Origin: Azolla caroliniana
Lineage: Eukaryota > Plantae > Polypodiophyta
Assembly: GCA_043228905.1 (NCBI GenBank)
Contig: JBHGNT010000016.1
Span: 1,364,001 to 1,428,000 of the forward strand
Length of the DNA: 64,000 bases
Direction of reading: 5' to 3'
Shown here: piece by piece, positions 13,979 to 27,400 of the stretch
How the letters are laid out: every line of letters begins with the position of its first letter
How positions within the stretch are numbered: position 1 is the stretch's first letter
Position numbers and translations under genes: made by a program
Notes under the pieces: generated by a model
The model's database searches: none
What the model was told of the DNA's origin: nothing
What the model saw: the letters and a program-made list of their open reading frames with translations, nothing else

Positions 13979-15401
13979 CTAAATGACAGACCGTGACCTC
14001 ATCACCGTCTCTTCCATTTCATTGAGTTGGCAAGCTAATAATGATAATTCATGTGATAGCTCTTCAATATTCAGACAATCACCATTCTTTACCTTGTTGC
14101 TAAGCTTTGAACAGATTTCCTGAGAGCTGGCTATGGCTTGATCCAATTTACTCAAATTTGAGGCTAGGTTGAACTCTTGACGAAGATTTCCATTACAAAA
14201 CTGTACAGAACCTATGCTGCTGATACTGCTTCGTCGTCCAACTCTCTCTGGTGTAATCAATCTATCTAAGCTTCCACTTCCTGAAGAATATAATAAGCAT
14301 GGTTTCAAGTGAGAAATCATAGAATATAAAGTTACAAGTAATAAATCATGGAATAGAAGGTTGCACGTAATAAATCATGGAAGACAACAAGATTTCAACA
14401 AGTAAAACACGGAAGCTTTTCCTCCCATTGAAAAAAAACGAAACATCCTAAGATTCCCTTATGTTTATGCCTATTTCTTGATATGCCCTTAAGTTCCCTT
14501 TGAAATGGCCTTGGGTTAACCGATGCACTATAAATTAAAGCTACTCATTTTCTGTGGAGATCAACTAGCACCAAATTAATTCTGCTCATTCGAGAGATCA
14601 GCACCCAATTAATCAAGGTTAGTATAGGGATTAGTACCCAATAGTGATCATGTTAGAGTAAGACGTGGTTTTATTACCAACGCCATTAATATTCACATTA
14701 CCAATTTTATTCCCATTGAGAAAGTACAAAATATTGGGGGGGGGGGGGGGGGGGGATATCAAAGGTATACTTTCTATTCATTGATTGAAGTGCAATTGAA
14801 GACTTAAAATAACCACAAGGGCATCATGGGAGATCATTGAACATAAAGGCATTTAGGAATTTTCAATATATATATGTGTGTGTATGTGTGTGCAGTGAAC
14901 TACAGAAAATTTGCATTACCAATGTTACTAAGCTGTTTGATTGCTGCTTGTCCAATAGAGCTCTGTAATTTCAAAAGCTGCATCAAACCAGCTGCAATTC
15001 TGCTAGCTGCCTCTATTTCTAACCTTACTGTTTCAATCAGATATTCAACCTCCTCTTTTGTAGCTTCCACATGAACCTATATGATATAAAGAAAATAATA
15101 TAAAATTAGTTGTTAGTACTTAAACTTGGGATAATCAACTTAGACTTATAAAATTGAATAGACGACATGTACTTACCGGATTCTTGATGCCAGATCGTAA
15201 CTTCTCAATCACCCAGTGTCCCATGTGCATATCAGTGTTCGTGACATCCTTGTTAAGACCAAATAACACCTCAATATCAAGCCCATTTTGCATATGACTT
15301 CTTGATTTTTCTGGTTCATCACTTATGAGATCTGCTGAAGATGCTGTTTGCATGCCATTAAGAGAAGATGGCTTTATGAATTCAAGTCCATCAACTGCTA
15401 T
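13979..15401 (-). CDS. BLTP3-like exons 18-20 (15177-15401, 14920-15076, 13979-14280)
   Basis: VEATKEEVEYL...RIAAGLMQLLKLQSSIGQAAIKQLSN, then GSGSLDRLITP and a coiled-coil-like end; TAG at 13981-13979. Confidence 0.87.
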
Positions 15402-18400
15402 CTATACCCAGGAACACAATTAATTGGTGTTGGTGAAGATAGGAAAACTAATATAGATGGAAAAAAAAGAAACCATTATATCAACTTCATTGAACCATAT
15501 AAACTGTAATTTCAAGAATGGTGTACATGTATACAACCAACTTGGACAGAAATGCGAAACCTGTCGAATTATTCATGGCCGAAACCAAAAGAGTCGATCT
15601 TGCTTGAGGGAGTCTTTGGACTCTGGTTCTAACTTTATCCATTTCTACCTAACAGGTTTCTTTGGGGCAAAGAGTATACATACACACATTGGCAAAAATA
15701 TTTCAAGAATCACAAAGCCTTTCTTCTGGAATTGATGACATATAATGCTGTGACACTGCATATGTGGTATTAGTTGTGTGGCTTGTTAACATGATCAGTG
15801 GGAAAACGTTTTCCTGCACACAATTTGGAGGTTGGATAACAATTACAACGATGGGCCTTCTCAACATGCAAAGTCTGCACACTTACTCTTCACACTGACA
15901 CCTCATTATGCACTTGGATGGATCATGGTACCTTACTCAATGCTAATATCCAGCCTTTGTCTTAGCTTTCTTGGGACATATGAGAAGTTTTGGCCATCTG
16001 GCGATTCCTAGAGAGGCTATTATGTATCTTACATAATCACCTTTTAGTAATTTGCAGACCAAAGCCTCATTGATGACCATTGATAGCCTGCTAATCCTAG
16101 TCTATGCAAAAACATTGATTCCAGCCAGTGCTCGCTAAAGGTGATGAAAAAGAAATAGCAGCTGAATTATAGTAGTTCTGTATTAGATGCAGCCTAGTAT
16201 CATGATAAATTTCTAAATATATCAAAGGGCAAAGTTAATCTGGGAAAAAACAAAGAAAGAAGAAAGATATATTAATGTTTTTGAAGAGGCCAAAATGGTC
16301 TATGAAGCCAAACCAGCGATTTCACCTTAAAATTGTTGTGCCATCTTTGAGAGCAACAAACCAAAATAAATATAATTAAACTAGCAGAACTTCTTGGGGT
16401 ACCCAGGAATCTCATTAGTGATGCAGTTCACATTCTGAACTTCAATGACCTGAATCTATTGCCTTCAAAAGATCTCCAATGTGGGCTGGTCGAAGATGGC
16501 CCATTCTCTAAAGCAAGGCAAGCATCTTCAATGACCACGATCCTTTTGTTGTCCACATGGATGTGACCTTACATGCATGACAAAGAAAGACAGAAAGAAA
16601 GAAAGGAAGGAAGGAAGAAAGAAAGATATATTAACGTCTTTAAGAGGCCAAAATGGCCTATAAGACCAAACAGGAGAGTGTTGTCTTGTCTTTGAGAACA
16701 ACAAATCAAAATAAAATAAATATTACTCAATAAATATAAAAATAAATCAAGATAAAATAAATATTACTCAATAGTGTTCCTCAGATTCCACTCCTTGATG
16801 ACACAATTGGCAAATTCTCTCTTCTAGAGGTAGTCGTGTATATCTGCCCACCTCAATCTGTAACTGATGTGATGAAGTTTGCAGCTGCCCTATCATACTC
16901 TGCAACACATAGGATAGATGTATTGAATCCATCCTCCAATGTGTGTAGAAAGTGTGTCTTGTAGTGGGCCATCTTCGTACCAAGTGATATTTTGGGGCTG
17001 ATCCAGGTTATCTTGTTTTCCACGTTAATAATATCAGTCCGGATCACACTATTCTTTTCCACTTTGGTCATATTTCGAAAGGGGAGAGTCCAAGCTATAT
17101 TGGAACAGGGGTAGTGCATTTATGCTTATGCCATGTGACTGGAACCATTGCTGCATTTCATCATACCAACAATGAATGTCTCCATTTTCAGCCAGTTGTC
17201 TTGATAACATAAGTGCCAACCTTGGATACCTTCATGTCACTGATCGGAACAATGCCTCGGTGATTATAGGTGCTGCTCCCATCTCTGCCCGGATTATATC
17301 ACGGGGCACCGATACTTTACTCCTTATCATCCGGACACTAAAGGTCTCTCTAAAGTTTTCCAATGATTTTCCTTGTTATGACTTGGTCCCCACGTCTCTA
17401 CTCCATAAAGAAGAGTTGGTGTGACAAGTGTATCAAATAACCACAACTTAGTTCATGGCTCTTGGAACTGCAAATATGCACATTGTCTCTTGAGAGCACC
17501 AAGGGCTGCATATCCATGAGAAAATTGGGCACAAGCAGCCTCCCGTAAGGAGAACCTAGGCCCAGTAAATGTTACTCCTAGGTATGTGTAGGAGCGTGTG
17601 TATTCCACCTTTTTCTCTCCCAAGAAGAATACCGTATCTGATCTTGTTACTAGCAATGGGCCCGGTTTCGGCTCAAACCGAACCGAACCGAAAAACCGTG
17701 GCTTAATGGTTTATAGGTTCAAAGATAAATAAACGGTTTGGTTTGGTTTCAAATGTTACTAATCGCTTTCGGTTTGGTTTGGTTTGGTTTTGAATTTATC
17801 GGTTTATTGGCTTATCGGTTTCTGTTTATGTGGTTCGGTTTAAAGGTTTATAGGTTAAAAAATACTCAAAAATATTCTCTATAGGCTCTAACTTTCAACT
17901 TTTAATTTTAAACTCTTGTTTTAACTTATTAAATTTTATATGTATTATATGTAGAGTCTCCTTTTCATTTATGATGATCAATTATGATAAATATGATGAT
18001 CAAATTTATGATAAGTATAATGATCAAATTTATGATAAGTATAATGATCAAATTTATGATCAGTATGATGACCAAATTTATGATAAGTATGATGACAAAT
18101 TTTATGATAAGTATGATGTCTGTGTACAGTCATCTACAAAGGTGATGAAGTACCGGGAGCCTCCTAGTGTTCGCTTACTGGAGAGTCAGAAATCAGCACA
18201 ATATCATTAGCATATAATAATATTTGTATAGCTATACCTGCTTGGCATGCTCCTAAACCCCCAAATCTCTCTATGTAATGTTATGCCCCTTTGCAATGTC
18301 CTGGTTGAGAGTCCATTGTGTAGCCCTTGATTGACTTGTAGTATGAGTAGGAGTGATGGGGATAGAGAAAGTTGTGGTTGTCCTTTGTTGATGAGCTTGT

Positions 18401-21400
18401 CTAGCCACAATGTCTCTTGAGTTCTAGCAAGAAAATCCCCAAGTGTCATTGGTCCTTATATTCCATTACCTTGAGAGTGAGCCAAACCCATTCGTAAAGA
18501 GGTAACGATATCTCCCTCGTATCTCATAAAAAACAGTACAATGACAGTGTTCTTCAGATTCCACTCCTTGACGACACAATTGACAAATTCCTTCGTCTGG
18601 AGGTATTCATGCATATTTGCATATCTTCTAGGATGGATGTATCTCCATATAAGAGGGCCTGATGATGAATCCATTCTTTGATGTGCATAAAAATTGTCGT
18701 ATAGTGGATGATCTTCCTACCAAGAGATGTTGTAGGACTGATCCATTTATTTTGTTTTCCAACTTGGTAATATCAGTTTATATTGCTCTATTCTTCTCCA
18801 CTTTCGTCATGTTCAGATGGGGAAAATCAAAGCTATATTAGAGTGGGGGTAGTGCATTTATGTTTATGCCATTTGACTCCAACTGTTGTAGGGTTTCAGC
18901 ATATGCACCAACCTTGTTCAGAAAGTTCTTTTGATAGCATATGCACCAACCTTGTTTCAGCATATGCACCAGCAGTGACTATCTCCATGTTCAGAAAGTT
19001 CTTTTGATAACATATGCACCAACCTTGAATACCTTTATGTGGGATCTCCATGAGGCACCAATGCTTTTCTCCTTATCATGTGGGCAATCATTGAGCCTAA
19101 AGGTATCTCTAAATCTTTCCAGTTATAAGATTCTGTCCCTAGGTTTTTATTCCATAAAGAAGAATTGGTGTGACGAGTGTATCAAATAGCCACAGTTTAG
19201 TTCTTTGAACATCAAATGTGCACATTGCCTTTCAAGAGCGCCAAGGGCTGCACACCCACGAGAAAGTTGAGCACTAGCAACTTCCCGTAAGGAGAACCAA
19301 GGCCCTATGAATATTACCCTTAGGTATATTGTGGGGCCTTGAAGTTGGCTATCTTAAAGAAAGACATTGTGGGGCTGACCCATGATCTTTCATAATCCAA
19401 TTTAATGATATGGGGTTACATTATAATCCAGAAAAAATGCAGATACAAGATTAGTTAGATCAATAACTTAATTTGCTATTTTGCCACCTTAAGTCATCAT
19501 CCATTCTAGATTACCCAAGAAATCCTACAAGATTTTCATAAAAGCATATTTGCTTGATCCACCTGAAAGAATGCTTGAAAGCGTAACTTACAATTACTTT
19601 TTGCATAGGGTGTTTTGGGCCCAGATTGTTTTCTTGTTGGTTCACATCCTCTCGATTACCTTCAGCAGAAATAGAAAGACATTGAAAAGCTGAGTGCCAG
19701 CATTTTTCTCTTCTCGTTAAAGCATTTTCAGTTGCCTCTACATCCGCCTCCAAGGCAAAAATCCAGTCCCTCAACTGGATATTAACATCAAGTTCATCAG
19801 GAATTCCAAGCTCCAATTGTAATTCATTTTCTAGCCTCTCTTCATCTGGAAAATGATAGGTTAGGAGACATTGTTATTGATTAAGCATAAGCACATAAAT
19901 GCAGGAAATTTGGCCAAAACGCACCTTGTTTAATTACTTGCGATGGAGGCTTCAGAAGTCTAGCAAGAGGGCCATTAGATAGATTCTGTAAAATTCTATT
20001 GAGCCCCTCACCAGGTCCACCATCTGGTCCAAGAACACCGAATCGATGTAGGAGAGCTTCACTATAAAGCATACCACCACCTAAACGAATGCCTGATATT
20101 TTAGTGATGATTCTGAGGCTATGGCATTCAGCATCTTCAGGCCTGTAAGGAATCACATTTGTAACATCTACATCAACAAATAGTGGCTTTTCATTCGGAT
20201 TAGACGAGTTTCCATTGCAGATGGATTCATACTTTCCATTGCTTATCCAAAAGACTGGCCTCATGGTGCTCTCCTGCACTGAAGTTGGCCCAAATGAGAA
20301 AGCTGACATATTTTTGGTCTCGACACACTCTACCAAAGCATCTTGCCAAGTCAGTTTTGACATAATTGCAATCGCACCACCAAGCGTTCTGTGGGTTACT
20401 TTTAAGCGAATTTCACTCCCTGATACTTGCACGAGAGGTAATCCTTGAGTTCCTCTATGACCAGCAACCGACTCCAAGAATTTTAGCTCCAAGGTTCCTA
20501 GACCCAAACATACAGCTGTATCACTTGGTGCCATCTCAAGAATGCTACTTAGGGAATTCAAACTTTTTACAGACGAAGCTCTCAAAAGACTATCACATGG
20601 CTTCACTTTCTTTGATGACTTCATCACTTTTACAACGGATTCATTCACTTTCCCCAGATATTCATACATTTTCAGCACAAAAAATAGTTGCTCCACTGAT
20701 GTATTCGAAGTCAACTTCTTGCAATGTACACCAAATCGTACTATTCCACCCGGGGGTGGTATAGTCAGAATTGGATCACCATCTCCAGTTACCATTGCCA
20801 TTTCAATGCATGGTTCTGTCATTTCAACACAACTCCATAAACTAGAAGACCAGTCTCTTGCAGGCTGACCATTTGATACATCAAAATTACCCATTTCAAG
20901 AGCAACTTCCATATGCATTGCTCGCATTACGCATTTCCTCTGGCTCGCATCAACAGGTTGCCCTTGCCATAGCATAAAACATGCTGGATCTTTCTCTAAA
21001 TCCAATGTTTTCAAATTCAGAGATGGTGATTGGATAAATATGAAATCCTTTACATGCAATCTTGCCCCTTTAAATTCATCATTGCTAACATCCGTGAACA
21101 CTGCATCTTCCATTGGAATCATAAGATCCAACTGTTTTACTGTTAAGTACACTGACTCTACTGACGTTGTAGGAGTGACAACACCCCGCTCAACAACAAT
21201 GCCATCCGCCAAGAAAGAGGCCAACCTCAGGCATGATTCCTCATGTAGTTCAACCTGCAATAGAAGATGGGTCATAATATAAATAACTACATGAATCTGA
21301 ATCCTCAAATATCAATAAAAAGGGGTAAAATAACTCCCCCAACTGACCTTCACAGGTTGGCACTGTACCACCATTTGCGATGCCAAAACTGGAGGTGCAG

Positions 21401-24400
21401 GTGAAGGATTTGTCTGTAGTGAATACATACATAGAAGAGGTGCCACGACACTTTTTGTGGCTGGGTCACTCAAAGGATAAATTCTTGGCCATAATTTGTC
21501 ACTGGCTGCAAAATAGAGAACACATCTGTGATGTCTATATCAGGAACAAAATCTATGATAGAGCATATAAGGTCTTCAAGATAAGCTCATGATGATCATG
21601 AGGTGCCAACTCGCCTACCCATAAATCGTGCAAGGAAATTAGTTATATATAGGCCCATAGAATTAGCACATTCATGCATCAATGAACTACTTTTGACACC
21701 TTACTCAGAAAGTTAGTCTCTTATTTCCTAAACTAAAGTAGGCCTACTTACAGGGGTCTAAATGCTTAAATGGAACATCGGTAATTAAGCATATACTTGG
21801 GAATCAAGTAATTTAAACTTCCTTCAAACAAAATAGGATTAATGAATAGATTACACTTGTAACCACATGATATGGCATAAAAATCATGAACCTTGAATTC
21901 CAATCAACCTCTTATGTCTGACATGAATCAAAAAGAAAGAAGGAAAGAAAAATACATTAACATCTTCAAAAGGCCAGAATAGCCTATAAGACCAAACAAG
22001 AGATTCCTTCTTAAAATGGTCTCTCATCTTTGAGAACAAGAAACCAAAATGTAAATAAATAAAAATAGATGTGACTAAAGAATCCCATCGTCTATACATC
22101 TAAGATTCTGAAGTAGGATAAGTTGTAATTTTTGTCTTAAAAGATCTCTAGCATAGATTGTTCAGAAAGGAGCAAGAAAAAAGAAGATATATTAACATCT
22201 TTTAAGTGGCCAAAATGGCCTATAAGACCAAACAAAATATTACATCTTAAGAGAAGTCCATAGTACAGGAAGCACTTGCAACACTAATGACCTTTATTTG
22301 TCAATGGCATGGGTGGTGAGATCATGGTCCATGAGGCAGGGGCCTATGTGCACAACAAACTGCTATTGCTCTATTGTAACCCATTTGCATTGCCCTATTT
22401 GGGAGCCCACCTGTGTAGCCCTTGATCGACTTGTAGCATGAGTAGGTGTGATGGGGCTAAAGCAAGTTATAATTGTTCTTTGTTGACAAGCTTGTCTGGC
22501 TGTATTGTTATTATCCAACAACTTCTCCTTGTGTTTATTCAGTTCTAGCAAGAATATCCCCAACGTTGTTGGTTATTATATTCCATTATCTTTTGTAGTG
22601 GGCCAAAGCCTTGGTTATTAGGTGTGTGTGCATCATATCTGCCTACCTCAACTTTGACTGATGTCATGAGCTGTCCTAATACACTGTGTAGCACATGACA
22701 TAGATGATAAGGCCTGATGATAAATCCATTTTCCAATGTGTAAAAAAAGTACCTTATAGTGAGCCATCTTCCTAAAAGAGACATTGGGGGCTGATCCATA
22801 TTCTTCCATCATCCAATTTGTTACTATTAATTTGAACCATTGTTGCGTTTCAGCACACCAAAAATGTTTGTCTCCATGTGCAGTAAGATGTTTTGATGAC
22901 ATAATTCTGAACCTCGAGTATCTTCATTTAGAAAATTCCTAAAGACATTGGATAAGTGCATTACTGATTATTGGGCTGCTCTCTTTTCCGCCTGAATCAT
23001 ATAATGTGGTACTGATGCTTTGCTCCTTATCACATAGGCAAAAACTATAACTTAAGGTCTCTCCAATTATTTCCACTTTTTTCCTTGTGAAGACTCGGTC
23101 CCAATGTTTCCATTCTGCAGAGAAGAGTTGGTGTGACTAGTGCATATCCACAAGAAGTCCAGTACAAACAACCTCTCATAAGGACACCTGAGGCCGTATG
23201 TATATGAATGTGTGTATGCCACCATTTGTATAATTACCATTTATATAATTACCTGAATGTTGTGTGGGCAACCTCATTTATATAATTACCATTGTCGCAT
23301 AAACACGCGTGCATGTGCTACTCAAGCAGGACCACGGGGGAACCAGGGAGGATGTGATGTGTGAGAAGATTCTTCAGAATGCCTTCTGGATCTCCTTGTG
23401 TAAATCTCCCTTTGTATAATTAGTGCGCAAAGACTGAGGCATGTGCATAGGAGGTGAATGAATGAGGTGAATGAAAGAGGTGAGGTGAGCGTAGGAGGTG
23501 ACTGCCGACAACTGCTTAACCTCCTCACTTTCACACGCACACACTGGCATAGGGTAAGTACCACAAGATTAGAGTTAATAACACAACATTAGCACTAATG
23601 TACTTGACTAGCACTACAACACACGAGTGGCTCAAAATGTGTTTAGATGGAGAAATTTTCTCTTTCTTACAACGAAGCAGTTTCACCTAATGATGCCACG
23701 AGTACAATGGGTTTTACAAGGATTAATGATTTAGAAAAGAAGAACGATCTGAGGCTTGAGCTTCCAGTGAAGATGAGTCAAGTGGACTGCCGAGACTAAT
23801 GTTGTGAAACTAGGAAAAGGGGCAAAAAAGAGGCACCCACAAATATGTAAATATCTATTAAAGAAAGCAACTATATAATAGCCTAGTGATTAGGGCCATT
23901 TACTATGTACAAAGGGTGCAGAGTTCAAATCTCTACTAGTGTGAATGAAGGAATTATTCCTTTTTTTTAAAGCAAAGTGGGGCTAGTTAGCATTCAATGC
24001 AAAATGGGGCACCTCTTCCAATAAAAGGAGGGGAAGAGGAATCATTTAGAGGTTCTTTTTTGGAGTGACTTTTGGAGCTCGACCTTGGGATTTTGGTGTT
24101 AAGGTATATTGGAGCTCGACCTTGGGAACTTGTCATGGACAGATAAAGGCCATTATCTCCCGTCATCGCAGGTGCTTCCCTCGCTTTGGAGACCTTTCCA
24201 TTCTGGATTGACCTATGCTAGAGATCTTTTGAAGACAAAAGCTACAATATATCTAACTTGAGAATCTCTCATGTGCTGAAAACCAGATTCCCTTGTCCTT
24301 TTTTATCTGATTTACTTTTATATTTACGGAGTAATATTTATTTTATTTTGATTTGTTGTTCTCAAAGAAGAGACAACACTTAAGATGTAATCTCTTGTTT

Positions 24401-27400
24401 GGTCTTATAGGCCATTTTGGCCTCTTAAAAGACGTTAATATATCTTTCTTCTTTCTTCTTTTTTCTACCTCCTCTTTCTTTCTTTCTACCTTCTCTTCTG
24501 CTTTGAGGTTTTGCGGACTTCTTCACCATAAAGCTCATCGCGCATTGACGATTTCGAGAAGGGGACCGGCTAGCTCACACACTCGTTATTGAGGGAAGCA
24601 GGAATTGACCCAAGAACACTACACCAACTTCAAGGTGTTGATGCCGTCGATAGTGGTTGTGGTCTTGATGGTTCACTTGATTCACCCTCACATTTTGGAA
24701 GCGTTTGTGATAAATGTAAAAATTTTGTTAACTATCACTTCATCTTCTCTATCTCTGTTTCGACTTTGGGGAGGGTTTTTCGGTCTTCATTTGGGTGAAC
24801 CTACTTTTATTTAAAGAAGCTTTTATTCTCTAACTAATCGGTGTATCTAGGGCCCCGCTCTTGGGTTCCCATTGTTAATCTGTAGTAGTTAGTGCTATAC
24901 TCGAGGGATTAGCAATAACCGTGCATTAATCACCCTTACACCGTCTCTTACGAGCATAACCGTAACCATAGTTGTGGGTTAATTTGTAAGGATGAAGGGT
25001 CATGATTGAGTTATCTCAATCCTATGGTGGGAAATAACTTCAGAGTGTCTCATCACTGGTCTACTTTTTATAAAAAAAAGCAACCAAGTGAGAAACACAA
25101 GGGCCTAAGGTTTGAGCCTATATAAGATGGCTAGCTACCTTCATGAATGAGCATCTCTTTTCTTTTATGTTTTGAGATGGATACTCTATTAGTGTGGCAA
25201 AACTCTAGCTTCATATCCGTGTGCCTCCTTCAAACCCAAGGCACGATCCATGTCGGTATACAGTAGTATGGGACACCGGCGGGGGACTTGGATCTGTCTC
25301 TCACCTTTGCCAGGGGGTGGTCAGGTGGACTGATGCCCTTTCTTCCATATTTTGCTTAACATTAATTAAGAGTCTAACACCGTCATCATGTGTGTGTGAG
25401 GGAGTGAGGAGTGTCATATAGTGCCCATTGCTTAGGCATTGGCCTCGTATTGAACACTGGCCTCGTTCAAACATTTGCCTCACTTGAATGTTTGCCTTGC
25501 TTGAGTGTTCGGTTCGTTTGCCTCGTTCGAACATTCACCTCGTCCCGACCATTCATTTTGCTTGAGCATTCACCTCGTCTAAACATTCGCCTCACTATGA
25601 CCGTTATCCTTAAACATTTGCCCTTCCTAACTCAAGGCCCCCATGGTCCTGCTCGAGTAATACAAGCATGCGCGTTTATGTGGCACCGCAACTACTACTG
25701 ATGGCAACAACACCGCGATGTTGTAGTAGTTTCACCTGGCTACTTCATGCTCCCTTCAATGACCAGAGTAGAAGGAGAAGTAAAACAACAATATACCTTA
25801 ACACAAAAATCGCCAAAGGTCAAGCTCCATAAATCCCAAAAAGAAGAACCCCTAAATGAGTCATGTTCCCTCCTTTTATAGGGAGAAAGAAAGAAAGAAA
25901 GATACATACATAACGTCTTTTAAGAGGCCAAAATGGCCTATAAGACCAAACAAGAGATTATATCTTAAGTGTTGTCTCGTCTTTGAGAACAACAAATCAA
26001 AATAAGATAAAATAAAAAGTAAATAATACTCCGTAAATATAAAAATATATAAGATAAAAAGAGACGAGGGAATTTGGTTTTCGACACATGTGAGATTCTC
26101 AAGTTAGATATATTGTAGCTTTTGTCTTTGAAAGATCTCTAGCATAGGTCGATCCAGAATGGAAATGTCTCCGAAGTGAGGGAAGCACCTGTGATGGCGG
26201 GTGATAATGGCTTTTATTTGTCGATGGCGGGAGAGAAGCACTTCATTTTGCATTAAATGCATAAAGAAGAACCCCTAAATGAGTCTTGTTCCCCCCTTTT
26301 ATAGGGAGAGAGGCACTCATTTGGCATTAAATGCATACTATCCCTCTTACATGAAAAAGGAATAATTTGTTTATACACGCTGCGGACATTTGAACTCAAT
26401 ACCATTTTATACATAGTCAAAGGCACTAACCACTGGGCCATTCACCTTTGAAAGATTCTCAAGTTAGATATATTCTAGCTTTTGTCTTTGAACGATCTCT
26501 AGCATAGGTTGATCTAGAATGGAGAGGTCTTTGAAGTGATGGAAGCACATGCGATGGCGGGAGATAATGGCCTTTATTCATCGATAACAAGGGTGGTGAG
26601 ATTGTGGTTCATGGGACCAGGGCTATTGCTATTGCCCGATCTATTGTAACTCTTTTGTTATGTCCTAGTCGGGAGCCCATTTGTGTAGCCCTTGATTGAC
26701 TTGGTGTCCTTGAGTTCTAGCAAGAAAGTCCTAGGCATCGCTGGTCCTCATATTCCATTACCTGGCCAAAGCCTTGCTTAAAGAGGCAATGGTATCTCCC
26801 TGTTATTTCATAAAAGACACTACAGTGACAAACATAGCGTTCTTCAGATTCCACAACTTGATGACACAATTGGCAAATTCTTTCTTCTAGATATATTCGT
26901 GCATATCTGCCTACCTCAATCTCTAACTGATGTGATGAAGTTCCTAGCTTCCCTATCACACTGCGCACTGCATAGAATAGATGTATGTCCATATAAAATG
27001 GCCTGATGATGTATCTAAAAAGTGTCTTGTAGTGGGCCATCTTCTTATCAGTACACCTATTGTGCCAGCCACAGCCTCTGACACCCATTGGGAGATCGCA
27101 CATTTCCTGACATGGATTCACAATGCATAGATTCCCCATTGTATATCTAGTCGCTGCATGAGCTGAGCACATAGTAGTGTCGAAGAGTTTTCAGAAATCC
27201 ACAAAGCAAAGCAATAAATCCGCTCCTTCTGGGCTGTCCTCAATAAGGCCTCGGAGGGTCAACATGTGATCAAAAGTTGTGAACCCCTTTTGAAAACCTG
27301 GCTGCCTATGTGAATGGCAACCATTACTCCTGGCCCATAAACTTAATTCTGAATCTAAGATTGAGCCATATAATTTAGCCAAGCAAATGCGAATCACAGA

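Noticed and set aside
14736-14755. G20 homopolymer in the last intron
   Set aside because: Simple repeat with no supporting context; length is unreliable.
17971-18210. YDKYDDQI repeat protein
   Set aside because: Translation of a 24-bp minisatellite inside a transposon fragment.
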